Source: an uncultured Bacilli bacterium | GTDB lineage: Bacteria; Bacillota_I; Bacilli_A; RF39; UBA660 | Assembly: GCA_934148875.1 (NCBI GenBank) | Contig: CAKPDJ010000003.1 | Span: forward strand, 1-54,243 | Length of the DNA: 54,243 bases | Direction: 5' to 3' | Part shown: positions 18,082-27,074 of the stretch, piece after piece | How the letters are laid out: each line of letters starts with the position of its first letter | How positions within the stretch are numbered: position 1 is the first letter of the stretch | Made by a program: the position numbers and the translations under genes | Notes under the pieces: generated by a model | Database searches by the model: none | Seen by the model: the letters and a program-made list of their open reading frames with translations, nothing else | Told to the model about the DNA's origin: nothing

Positions 18082-19416
18082 CTACTTATAATTAACATAT
18101 ACATCGTTACCGGATGTTAGTGTTTCTAAATAATAATAGTTTTCTCTAATATAATTTATAAATTTTTTATTAATCTGATTATAATTTTGATTACTTTCTA
18201 AAATGAACAAACATCTTTTATTTTGACAGTTAGAAATCATTTTTTCTAAATAGTAGTCTTCACTTTTTCCTAAATTTCCATTATTTATTAAATCATAAGT
18301 AGAATTATTTTCACCTAAATACATCCTAATTAAATATGCTCCACTATAAAATAAATAAACCTTATTATCTTCTTCTTTTTTGCTCACATAATTACTAAAA
18401 TTATTTATATAAGTTATATTAGTTGACAAATTTATATATTTTAAAAAACTATTACTTAAATATAAAATAGGAAAAGATAGTTTCATTATTAAAGTTAAAT
18501 TAATAATTAGCAGTGATATAGTAAGAACCTTACCCCAAAATAATATTATTATTTTATTTTCATAGTTTAAAAAATAGTAATAAATAACTGGTAATAATGC
18601 AACCATTATGTGATTATAATCAAAAATAGGAAAAATGATGATTTGAAAAGACAATAAATATATTATTTTTATGTCTTTACCAATTAAATATTTTTTTACT
18701 AACCAAAAGTCAACTAAAAGTAATAAAATAAATGCAAAAATATAAATTATAAAATTGTCCATAAAATTGCCAAGTCCCAGATAGCAAAAATTAATATATC
18801 CATATAAGGCATTATTTAAAATAAGATAAATAGTTACAGAAATGATAGGAATGATGCATCCTAAAATAGAAAATAATTTTTCTTTTTTATTAGGTACTAA
18901 TAATAAATTAATTATCATTAAAAATATTCCAATATTATGTTTAGTCATCATAATGGTACCAATTATAATACCAATATAGAAAGATTTGTATTTGATTTTT
19001 GAGTCTAATAAAATTAAGATTAAAATAAATAATAAACAGCAAAAAGTGTTATAACCAAAAATACAAGGTAGTACTCCTAAATATAATGGGATTATTACTG
19101 ACTTCCAACCTATCTTTTTAAACACTATTAATAAAACGAAACTAAACACTAGACTATTAATAATATTAAATATTATTAAATAATTACCAAATAACTTCAA
19201 AAAAATTGATATAAAAAGATTATAGAAGGGGCCAATTACCATATTAAAATCCACATAGGGAGTTAATCCTCTTACGATGTTGTAGGAAAAACCAAAATTC
19301 CAAATAGTATCTGCATCCAATTTGAAAACGAAACAAGAAAATATCATCAATAAGATAAAACATATTATAAAAAATAAAGTATTTTTAATTTTATTATTCC
19401 AACCTAATTTTTTCAT
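18082..19416 (-). CDS. GT-C-like polytopic membrane protein (second copy, convergent)
   Basis: ~444 aa with ~12 TM segments. DxD-type first loop (FKLDADTIWNFGFSYNIVRGLTPYVDF) and a soluble C-terminal ~120 aa. The ORF track starts at TTG 19434; ATG 19414-19416 is more likely. Its stop codon lies 3 nt from the stop of the plus-strand gene. Confidence 0.4.
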   Translation of the reverse strand: MKKLGWNNKIKNTLFFIICFILLMIFSCFVFKLDADTIWNFGFSYNIVRGLTPYVDFNMVIGPFYNLFISIFLKLFGNYLIIFNIINSLVFSFVLLIVFKKIGWKSVIIPLYLGVLPCIFGYNTFCCLLFILILILLDSKIKYKSFYIGIIIGTIMMTKHNIGIFLMIINLLLVPNKKEKLFSILGCIIPIISVTIYLILNNALYGYINFCYLGLGNFMDNFIIYIFAFILLLLVDFWLVKKYLIGKDIKIIYLLSFQIIIFPIFDYNHIMVALLPVIYYYFLNYENKIIILFWGKVLTISLLIINLTLIMKLSFPILYLSNSFLKYINLSTNITYINNFSNYVSKKEEDNKVYLFYSGAYLIRMYLGENNSTYDLINNGNLGKSEDYYLEKMISNCQNKRCLFILESNQNYNQINKKFINYIRENYYYLETLTSGNDVYVNYK

Positions 19417-19640
19417 ACAAAAATCCACTTCCAAAATAAGATAAATTCTTTTTATTCCATTTTGATTATATCATACCATGTTAAATATCTGTTATTTTAT
19501 TATACTTTTTTACAAATTTATTCTTCCTATTTTAATCAAATTTTTCTTCCAATATTTTAAAATAACTTATACCATCATGCTATAATCACATTTTTAATAT
19601 CCTTGTGTTTTTACTTATATCATTATATTTGATAAATTTT

Positions 19641-19674
19641 ATCAAAATAAAAGAGTATTCATTTGAACACTCTT
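19641..19674 (-). terminator. Rho-independent terminator after tadC-like gene
   Basis: Stem 19651-19660 pairs with 19665-19674 (one mismatch). TTATTTTG follows on the minus strand. It starts directly after the stop codon at 19676-19678. Confidence 0.45.
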
Positions 19675-19675
19675 T

Positions 19676-20461
19676 CTAAATATTTGCAAACATATAAATC
19701 ATAGATATTAAAATTAGTAACATAACACCAGCACCGGTTGCAACTAACATGATCATTGTCTGACCTTCCATATGATTTAATCTTTCTTTATATTTTTGAT
19801 CTCTTGCCTTAGCTTGTAGATTAGATACAGTACGTGAAAACATTAATAATCTTTCTTGTTTGTCCTCTTGTTTACCTAAACCTAAACGATATAATAATCT
19901 CATCATACGCATTGAATCTCTAACTGGATATTGGTTAGCAAATTCCATATATGGATCAATACTATAGTCACCTGCATCAATCTTGGCAATTAATTCTCTT
20001 AATCCTGGTTTAAAAATATCAGGTGCATCATCAATTGACTTTGCTATTGCAACAGGAACTGTATAATGCTGAACTAGTATTTCTAATCCTTTTAAATAAT
20101 ATGGTAACATAACGTCAATATCATGTAGATGTTTTTTATAATATTTTTTTAATTTAGTATAGTTTGACTTAAATACTATGTAACCAACAAGTATTGATAA
20201 AACAATATTGATAAGTGATAAATCTGCTAAGAATATAAACAAAAATACTACAATTACGATAAATCCCATCTTTATTCTCTTATTAAAGAGTACATTAGGA
20301 TCAACTTTTTCACCATATCTTGCTGTAACTAGAAAGTCATAATCATCTTCTTTTAATAAATGAAAAATTGCTTCATTATCTTTAATAAATTTTTTACCAT
20401 CAACAGTCTGGTTATAAAGTAAAACACCAAGTATTAAAGCTCCACAAATAATTACTTCCAT
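19676..20461 (-). CDS. tadC: Tad pilus platform protein, T2SS-F family (TadC-like)
   Basis: 261 aa. One N-terminal TM and two mid TMs, then a cytoplasmic helical domain (LPYYLKGLEILVQHYTVPVAIAKSIDDAP...FKPGLRELIAKIDAGDYSIDPYMEFANQYP...MRMMRLL), then a C-terminal TM. This is the GspF/TadC-like layout. Confidence 0.65.
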   Translation of the reverse strand: MEVIICGALILGVLLYNQTVDGKKFIKDNEAIFHLLKEDDYDFLVTARYGEKVDPNVLFNKRIKMGFIVIVVFLFIFLADLSLINIVLSILVGYIVFKSNYTKLKKYYKKHLHDIDVMLPYYLKGLEILVQHYTVPVAIAKSIDDAPDIFKPGLRELIAKIDAGDYSIDPYMEFANQYPVRDSMRMMRLLYRLGLGKQEDKQERLLMFSRTVSNLQAKARDQKYKERLNHMEGQTMIMLVATGAGVMLLILISMIYMFANI

Positions 20462-21354
20462 TATTCAGCACCTACATTCTCGTTATAATATTTTTCTCCT
20501 TTTAGAAGAAAATAACTATTAATAAGTAGTATGCCATGTAGAATAATTAGCATTAATGGGTTTCCAAGAATAGCGATGTACGTTTCTCTACCTAATAAAT
20601 ATTGAACAAGCATAACCATTAAATAAAGCATAACACCATATTTTAAGAATGACTTATGAAAGTTTGCTCTATCGATACGATCACGATATACACTTTCAAC
20701 AAGCATATCTATATCAAGTTGCATATTTTCTAGGGATTCCCCAGAGTCCTTAGCACCTTCCTTAGTTATTTGAAGAAATAATTGGTGCATATTTTTTACT
20801 ATGTAATAAGGATATTTAGCACTCATAAATTCAACAGATTCATCTATTGAACCATTTTCATAGGCCATAGATATCATCATATTAACATCTGTTAATACTG
20901 GATCTTCAAGTACACCACTTGCTGCAACTCCTTCTAAAGATTTAACAAAGCTTTGAGTGGTTGCAAACTCCATAATAGTATTGGTTGTATATACTTGGAT
21001 TTGTTCAAATATAAATTCACTGTATACTCTCTTACATCTTAAGTATGCTAGATATGGAATACATGCATTAGCTAATAATATATATATAAGAGAAATAAAG
21101 ACATTATAGAAATACATATATGAAATAACACCAGCAAAAATTGTGAATACTACACTTTGGATAATATATTGCTTTGGTGTATATTCTTGTCCTAATTGTT
21201 TTGTCTTTTCTCTTACTACTTTAAAGGAATAAGGGGCAAATTTATCATAGATAACGCCTGCTTGTTCAGTAATAAACTTATATACGTTTTGGCCACGATA
21301 TTGTCTATATAATAATATAAACAAGGCAATGGCTAATAAAATAAGTAATTCCAT
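20461..21354 (-). CDS. tadB: Tad pilus platform protein, T2SS-F family (TadB-like)
   Basis: 297 aa with the same TM / helical-domain / TM topology as its neighbour. Its stop overlaps the tadC-like start by 1 nt, and it lies directly downstream of the CpaF-like ATPase. Confidence 0.6.
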   Translation of the reverse strand: MELLILLAIALFILLYRQYRGQNVYKFITEQAGVIYDKFAPYSFKVVREKTKQLGQEYTPKQYIIQSVVFTIFAGVISYMYFYNVFISLIYILLANACIPYLAYLRCKRVYSEFIFEQIQVYTTNTIMEFATTQSFVKSLEGVAASGVLEDPVLTDVNMMISMAYENGSIDESVEFMSAKYPYYIVKNMHQLFLQITKEGAKDSGESLENMQLDIDMLVESVYRDRIDRANFHKSFLKYGVMLYLMVMLVQYLLGRETYIAILGNPLMLIILHGILLINSYFLLKGEKYYNENVGAE

Positions 21355-21364
21355 AGTTACCTCC

Positions 21365-22735
21365 TTACTGATTATTATCCGGATTTGGTATGTTTGCTAA
21401 TATATCACTTATAGAAATTGTGCTAGGGTTTGAAAAGTTCTGATTTGGTACTGGTGGTGTAGGTGTAGGGTTAATACTTGGAGCAGATGGAATAGGAGCT
21501 GTTTGACTAATAGATTGTGTTGGTTCACTACTAGCAATAGGTACTACCCTTTCTGGAATGTTTTCTGGATTTGGATTAATTTGATTATTATCAACTACTT
21601 CAGAATTATTTGTAGTTACGTTATTAGTTTCTACAATTTTATCTAAGTCAAATTCACCATTTTCTTCTTTTCCTACATCATCACCAAAAGCTGTGTTTTT
21701 AACATCTATATTTTGACCAAGTAGATAATCTAATAAATGTTTACTTGGATTTTTCTTAACAATTTTACCTGTCATTGTTTTTTGATAGATTATATTGTAA
21801 ACAGGTTTGTTAGTTTCTTCATCAATATAGAATTCTGTTATCTCATCTATTTCACGATGAAACTTACCATATTTTTGACTATAATAAGCTTTGATGTGGA
21901 CACCAAGTTGTACATAACGATAAATAGTGTTTAAGAATTGATCTACATCAATATCTGTTTCCATAAGTGAATACATACGATGTGGTATTGCACTAGCTTT
22001 ATCTGAGTGGATTGTTGATAAGATATTGTGTCCAGATGAAATAGAATTACGTACAGCACTAACAGCTTCTGCACTACGAACCTCTGATAATAATATCCAT
22101 TTTGGATTTTGTCTCATACAGGTTACTAATACATCTGAATAAGAAGCAATATTATTGGTTTTCATTGCTACAATATCACGATGAGGATATATTTTGTCTA
22201 AGTGTAACTCTAGTGTATCCTCAATAGTAATTATCTTTTCGCTTTCTTTAGTATGGCTAGCTAGATACTTAACAAACTCTGTTTTACCACTACCAGTTTC
22301 TCCACATACAATGATGTTGCAATGTCCTAATACACATTGAATTAAAAAGTCGTGAATATCTTTTGTTACATAGTCTTCTTTTAATAGATTTTCTTCTTTC
22401 AAACGAATCTTTGCTGGCGTTTTACGAATAACTAACGCAATACCATTAGTAGCAATTGACTCATGAACAAAGTTCATACGAAGTTCAGGACTTTCAGCAT
22501 CTAGGAAAGGGTTAGCATTATTGAAAGTTGTACCCATAACGTTAGAACACTGAAACGCAAGCTTTTCAACAGCTGCATTAGTGATATTAGGATTTTCAAC
22601 CCTATAAGAGCCTTTTTCTAAGGAACGAAGCCAAATTTGACCGTTGTTTGTATATGAAATATCTGTGATATCATCATTATCAATGTATTCCTTAAAAGCT
22701 CCAAAGTCGAGTTGTTCAAACATGTTTTCTCTCAT
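21365..22735 (-). CDS. tadA: CpaF/TadA-family secretion ATPase with Pro-rich C-terminal extension
   Basis: Walker A IIVCGETGSGKTEF, Walker B/Asp box PKWILLSEVR, His box GHNILSTIHS. These are the T2SS-E / VirB11 / CpaF superfamily motifs. The last ~100 aa are low-complexity N/P/S/T-rich. Confidence 0.85.
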   Translation of the reverse strand: MRENMFEQLDFGAFKEYIDNDDITDISYTNNGQIWLRSLEKGSYRVENPNITNAAVEKLAFQCSNVMGTTFNNANPFLDAESPELRMNFVHESIATNGIALVIRKTPAKIRLKEENLLKEDYVTKDIHDFLIQCVLGHCNIIVCGETGSGKTEFVKYLASHTKESEKIITIEDTLELHLDKIYPHRDIVAMKTNNIASYSDVLVTCMRQNPKWILLSEVRSAEAVSAVRNSISSGHNILSTIHSDKASAIPHRMYSLMETDIDVDQFLNTIYRYVQLGVHIKAYYSQKYGKFHREIDEITEFYIDEETNKPVYNIIYQKTMTGKIVKKNPSKHLLDYLLGQNIDVKNTAFGDDVGKEENGEFDLDKIVETNNVTTNNSEVVDNNQINPNPENIPERVVPIASSEPTQSISQTAPIPSAPSINPTPTPPVPNQNFSNPSTISISDILANIPNPDNNQ

Positions 22736-22761
22736 AAGCTTTTCCCCTTTTTATCTTTTTA

Positions 22762-23583
22762 TTATTGTGTCACTGCATCATCTGTCCATACAGTTACTTT
22801 ATTAATGAAATCTTTTAAAGATTCATTTGCAATTGATACCTCTCCAGGATTTTCTTTTGTTGATTCTGCTGTTGGTACTGGAATTAATGTTACTTCATAA
22901 GTTCTTAAGTACATAGCCTTACGAAGTAAAATATGGTATTCTTCTGGAACAGCAAAGATAATTTGTGAGGGTACTTTAATATTCTCTGGATCTTCAAATA
23001 CACTATCACCATTAGCATCTACTACATCTAAAACTTTTACGTTTTGAAGTAGTTTTCCAACCATAATCTTATCTTTTGTATCACTAGTCATATTGTCTTC
23101 ATCAATTTTATTAACTGCTTTTAAATAAATATCAATATAATTACCTGGATAAACTTTATTACCATAGGTAGTTGATGTATTAACGCTCATATTAACGAGT
23201 ACATAACCATCAGTATAGTTATAAATAATAGAATCTGGCAAATCACTTTGTGATACTACACTACCACCATAGAATAAACTTCCTTTTGGAATAGTAGTAT
23301 TTATATTGGTATATTTACCAACAATTTGCGATACAGAAGTAATAGCATTTCCTTTTATCATAGCAGGTGGTACTTCAATACTTCCTATCATATCACTAGT
23401 AATTTTTGTTCTTGCAGGAATTGACTTTGTTGCATAGGGAACAGTAATTGGATTAATTGCTGATTTAATACGATAATTATATCCAACATATAAAACTACT
23501 ACTGCAAGTAGTACTCCTACTATTGTAACTGTATTTTTATTAGTAAAAAATTTTTTAATCGTTATTGACATATTTCCTTTCAT
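22762..23583 (-). CDS. cpaB: CpaB/RcpC-like Flp pilus assembly protein (SAF domain)
   Basis: 273 aa with an N-terminal TM helix (VTIVGVLLAVVVLYVGY), a SAF-like segment (VPYATKSIPARTKITSDMIGSIEVPPAMI) and a beta-rich C-terminal part. It is immediately upstream of the ATPase, as in tad/cpa loci. Confidence 0.6.
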   Translation of the reverse strand: MKGNMSITIKKFFTNKNTVTIVGVLLAVVVLYVGYNYRIKSAINPITVPYATKSIPARTKITSDMIGSIEVPPAMIKGNAITSVSQIVGKYTNINTTIPKGSLFYGGSVVSQSDLPDSIIYNYTDGYVLVNMSVNTSTTYGNKVYPGNYIDIYLKAVNKIDEDNMTSDTKDKIMVGKLLQNVKVLDVVDANGDSVFEDPENIKVPSQIIFAVPEEYHILLRKAMYLRTYEVTLIPVPTAESTKENPGEVSIANESLKDFINKVTVWTDDAVTQ

Positions 23584-23599
23584 TTTAATTTCTCCTTTC

Positions 23600-24028
23600 T
23601 TATTTATTAACCTCTTCTACTAATCTATCTTCTTCATATTTTGTTTCCAAAATAGCATCTATTTTATTTATAATATTAAAATCTTCTCCTGCAAATGTAG
23701 CAACAGTATTAGAACCAACTTGTACACTTACTTTTGGTGGAGTCTCATTTAAATCCAAAATCCTTATCTTATAATTACGATCTCTATTTACATTTTCAGC
23801 GAATCTTCTTACAAAACTTTCTACAAACTTTTCACGATCCATTCTAATAATGCCACTCAGTCTGTAATAGGAAGTGTCTACTGCATCAATCATAGCAGCC
23901 TCCGTTGTTTCTTCTAATAAATAATAATCTAGTTCATTACCTGTTTGATAATTTTGCACAATATTCACAACAAACAAAGTCAAAATTCCAATAATGATGA
24001 TACCGACTAAAGCCATACCTTTACTCAT
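23600..24028 (-). CDS. Small N-terminally anchored protein, possible minor pilin (TadE/F-like)
   Basis: 142 aa. The N-terminus MSKG-MALVGIIIIGILTLFVVNIV is a short leader, a Gly, then a hydrophobic helix, followed by a soluble domain. No family recognised by eye. Confidence 0.3.
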   Translation of the reverse strand: MSKGMALVGIIIIGILTLFVVNIVQNYQTGNELDYYLLEETTEAAMIDAVDTSYYRLSGIIRMDREKFVESFVRRFAENVNRDRNYKIRILDLNETPPKVSVQVGSNTVATFAGEDFNIINKIDAILETKYEEDRLVEEVNK

Positions 24029-24037
24029 ATATACCTC

Positions 24038-27000
24038 CTATTTACTAATAGTATCACATTCAGTGCCATTAATAGCATTATTACATCCTGCAATAGATTT
24101 TCTTTCTGTAATACCATAACCACTTACACTGTAAGTAATGAAATTAGAATTATCTTCACTACCAGAATTGCCATTAATGTTATCTAAGAATTTACTAGTG
24201 CAAATTTCTTGTCCTCTATTATTTGTGTAACAACTCATATTATAATCTAAATAATTTTTCTCACCATCACCATTATAGTCACGAATATTTTTATTATAAG
24301 AACGAATATTTCTAATATTATCCCTTGTTAAGACAAATTCGTAATCAATTTCTGATGAATCCGAACTAGTATTATAAATAGATTCACCTTTAGATTCAAT
24401 TGTTTTAATCAGTGTTTCTGGATCAATTGCGTCATTATAATATGATTTTTCTTTTAAAATAGCAGCACCGCTTGCACTATTATTATTCTTATCAATGGTG
24501 CCTGTCCAATTAAATCTAGGATTACGACCATTTGGAAACATATCATTTAAATTGATTGGCCTGAAGATATATCTAATACCCTCTTCTTCTTCATCAGGGC
24601 AGTCATCATCAGGGCAAACAAATCCAGGAGCAGTTCCATATAAGCAATCAACATTAACACCGTTACCAGTTGTTCCCCATTGATTCCAACTACCTATATT
24701 ATAAAGTCTTACATGAATGTTTTTAGTATAATTGGCTGTGGAATCACTTACAATAGAAAAATTATAATATGGCCAATTTCTATAGTTATTAATAATTCTA
24801 GTATCAAATTGAGTAAAATATTTATTTTGTGCCGAATAATATTTATTGTTCTTATCTAAAGTAGAATCTGTGTTTGAATTAGATTTATTATAAATAACAT
24901 CATTTCCATTAATTTTAGAAACATAAGCAGCGCCAATACCAATTTCTACTGTTCTAGAAATTTGATAACTATATATTGTTTTGTTAATATGTTCAGTTAT
25001 AAAATTCTGATCTAAACCTCCAACAGTAGGATTAGCTATATTAGTATTCGATACATATGTAGGCGCACTTTTTTCTGTAGGCTTTGTATTAACATAAAGC
25101 CTATTGTCACCATTTTTATTACTGAAAATAATTGTTTTACTTAAATAATTACCATTATTTTGTTTATTATAGTCTTCATCAATTATAATTTGGTATTTTT
25201 CATTATCTATTGTTGACGAACTGAATTCTTGAATTGCCGCTACTACAGAGTTATACTCGGCTTCACTAGCTCGTATATCTTTTTCATAATTAGCTCCATC
25301 ATTGCAAGGCCAATTAGTATATACTTCATAGCATTTTGTTCCAGATATTGTTCCATTGGCATTGCATGAATTTAAATATACAAATTCTATACCATGCTCA
25401 GTGTAGCAAAAACTTTGACCCGCACAATAGGTATTACATCCAGCACCAGTATCATCATTACCTGAAATAACACAACCACTACTAATTGGTAATTTTGTTT
25501 GTCCACCATCAGTAGTACCTATTAAGTTTGGATTTCCCTTATTATTAGATGATAATCTAGTTGCTTTTGAATTAATTTTATCGAATGTTAAGTATTGGGG
25601 ACTTGTTAGTTTATTATTATTGTTTGAAAATAATGAAGTTGTTGTTGAATTTTTGTAAATTTTTGTGTAGCATGAATCAATACAGTTTTGCGTATATGTC
25701 CCACCATCGCAAGTATTTATGCAATTATCAAAATCTTCATTTGGTCCGGCACCAGCTTCACCGCTATGATTTGCGGGACCTCCCCAGCATTCTACGCTGT
25801 AACTACAGTTTGGCAGATATTTTGGTTCTGCTATTTTCACTGGCGTGCAAGTTCTATTTATTACTAATTTTGCATTATAATTAAAACCTGCTCCAGCCTT
25901 TACTGCCTTTGGATCATCATATTCTATAGAGATTGTTTCAGTACATAAAGCCTTCCAATATGTACCTGTGCCAGCTATATCTAAAAATCCTGTTTTACTA
26001 CTAAATCCTGTTTGAGCATTAATTGTTTTACTATTGTTTTCAAATGAACAAGTAAAATTATTGGTTGGACTTACACTGCTTTCTATTTGCTTATGAATAT
26101 TCTCTACTTCTTTTATTTTTGATTGGATAGTGTCTCTGATAGTTCCAAGTTCACTAGCTTGTATAGTAGTTTCATCACATGCAGATACAATTATTCTTTC
26201 TATTGAACCGCTGGCATATTTTCCTCTGAATTCTGTACACATCTTATCACTATACATAGGATTATCAACTGTAGATGGTACTGCCCCCATTATGTAACCT
26301 AATCTAGAATTATTACATGAATCACTAATATCATTCAAATAAAAAATAAAATAAAATTCAGTACCAGGCGCAAAAGATATACCATTCTCTACTTCACTTG
26401 CACTATAATTCCCTATAATACTTTTGCTTTTATTTGGCAATCCATCTTCGGGATTAATATCAAAAACTGAAACTTTACCTTTTATTGTTTTCCCAATTAA
26501 TTTAGCAGAAATTTTACCTTTAAAGTTATTGGGCACGCTAAATGTTACTTTATATTTATTACTAGAAGCATCATATTTTATTTCCATGCTTTTTTGCATA
26601 TCTCCTACGACATTAGCACTATTAGGATCAGGGCAAACGATAAAATTATAGCTATTATCCATTCTTTCTTGAACCTTGCATGACTTTGCCTGAGAATTAA
26701 CTTCAAATTGATATTCACTAGCACACTCTGTGGTAACTGTGGTTATTGGTTTACCTGATTCGTCTAGTATAATATTACCATTATTGTCTTTCTTATTTTC
26801 TTTTTTTAAACAATTATCACCAACAGTACTGCAAAAACACTTTGGAGGATATTTATCAGTTCCTTTAATATCAGCATCACTAATATTAAATAATGAAACT
26901 TTACTACCTTTATGAGTAACTGTATAAAAATTAGAGCCATTACTAGAATCTATACATATTTCGTTGTTGTTAGAGGATCTAGCACTTGCCATTACTGGCA

Positions 27001-27058
27001 TTAATAAAAGTAGTATAAATATAGAAATAAGCTTTTTTGTTATTTTTCTTGCATTCAT
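24038..27058 (-). CDS. Large secreted cysteine-rich protein (1006 aa), unknown family
   Basis: Signal peptide MNARKITKKLISIFILLLLMPVMASA and ~33 Cys by hand count, in clusters such as NCINTCDGGTYTQNCIDSCY and GCNTYCAGQSFCY. There is no TM segment and no sorting signal at the C-terminus. Confidence 0.6.
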   Translation of the reverse strand: MNARKITKKLISIFILLLLMPVMASARSSNNNEICIDSSNGSNFYTVTHKGSKVSLFNISDADIKGTDKYPPKCFCSTVGDNCLKKENKKDNNGNIILDESGKPITTVTTECASEYQFEVNSQAKSCKVQERMDNSYNFIVCPDPNSANVVGDMQKSMEIKYDASSNKYKVTFSVPNNFKGKISAKLIGKTIKGKVSVFDINPEDGLPNKSKSIIGNYSASEVENGISFAPGTEFYFIFYLNDISDSCNNSRLGYIMGAVPSTVDNPMYSDKMCTEFRGKYASGSIERIIVSACDETTIQASELGTIRDTIQSKIKEVENIHKQIESSVSPTNNFTCSFENNSKTINAQTGFSSKTGFLDIAGTGTYWKALCTETISIEYDDPKAVKAGAGFNYNAKLVINRTCTPVKIAEPKYLPNCSYSVECWGGPANHSGEAGAGPNEDFDNCINTCDGGTYTQNCIDSCYTKIYKNSTTTSLFSNNNNKLTSPQYLTFDKINSKATRLSSNNKGNPNLIGTTDGGQTKLPISSGCVISGNDDTGAGCNTYCAGQSFCYTEHGIEFVYLNSCNANGTISGTKCYEVYTNWPCNDGANYEKDIRASEAEYNSVVAAIQEFSSSTIDNEKYQIIIDEDYNKQNNGNYLSKTIIFSNKNGDNRLYVNTKPTEKSAPTYVSNTNIANPTVGGLDQNFITEHINKTIYSYQISRTVEIGIGAAYVSKINGNDVIYNKSNSNTDSTLDKNNKYYSAQNKYFTQFDTRIINNYRNWPYYNFSIVSDSTANYTKNIHVRLYNIGSWNQWGTTGNGVNVDCLYGTAPGFVCPDDDCPDEEEEGIRYIFRPINLNDMFPNGRNPRFNWTGTIDKNNNSASGAAILKEKSYYNDAIDPETLIKTIESKGESIYNTSSDSSEIDYEFVLTRDNIRNIRSYNKNIRDYNGDGEKNYLDYNMSCYTNNRGQEICTSKFLDNINGNSGSEDNSNFITYSVSGYGITERKSIAGCNNAINGTECDTISK

Positions 27059-27074
27059 ATTGTGACCTCCTATC

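Noticed and set aside
19566-19586. Overlapping extended -10-like elements in the 241-bp gap after tadC. TGCTATAAT lies on the plus strand (19578-19586) and would make an RNA antisense to tadC. TGGTATAAG lies on the minus strand (19566-19574) and could be a promoter for the GT-C gene.
   Set aside because: TATAAT-like strings are frequent in DNA this AT-rich. There is no -35 element or downstream terminator to define a discrete sRNA. This needs 5'-end mapping before any claim.
21365-22735. Alternative reading of the 456-aa ATPase as a T4SS VirB11 rather than Tad CpaF/TadA.
   Set aside because: It is followed immediately by two T2SS-F-type platform genes and preceded by a SAF-domain CpaB-like gene. 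That is the Tad/Cpa arrangement. VirB11 genes are not accompanied by GspF/TadB-type proteins.
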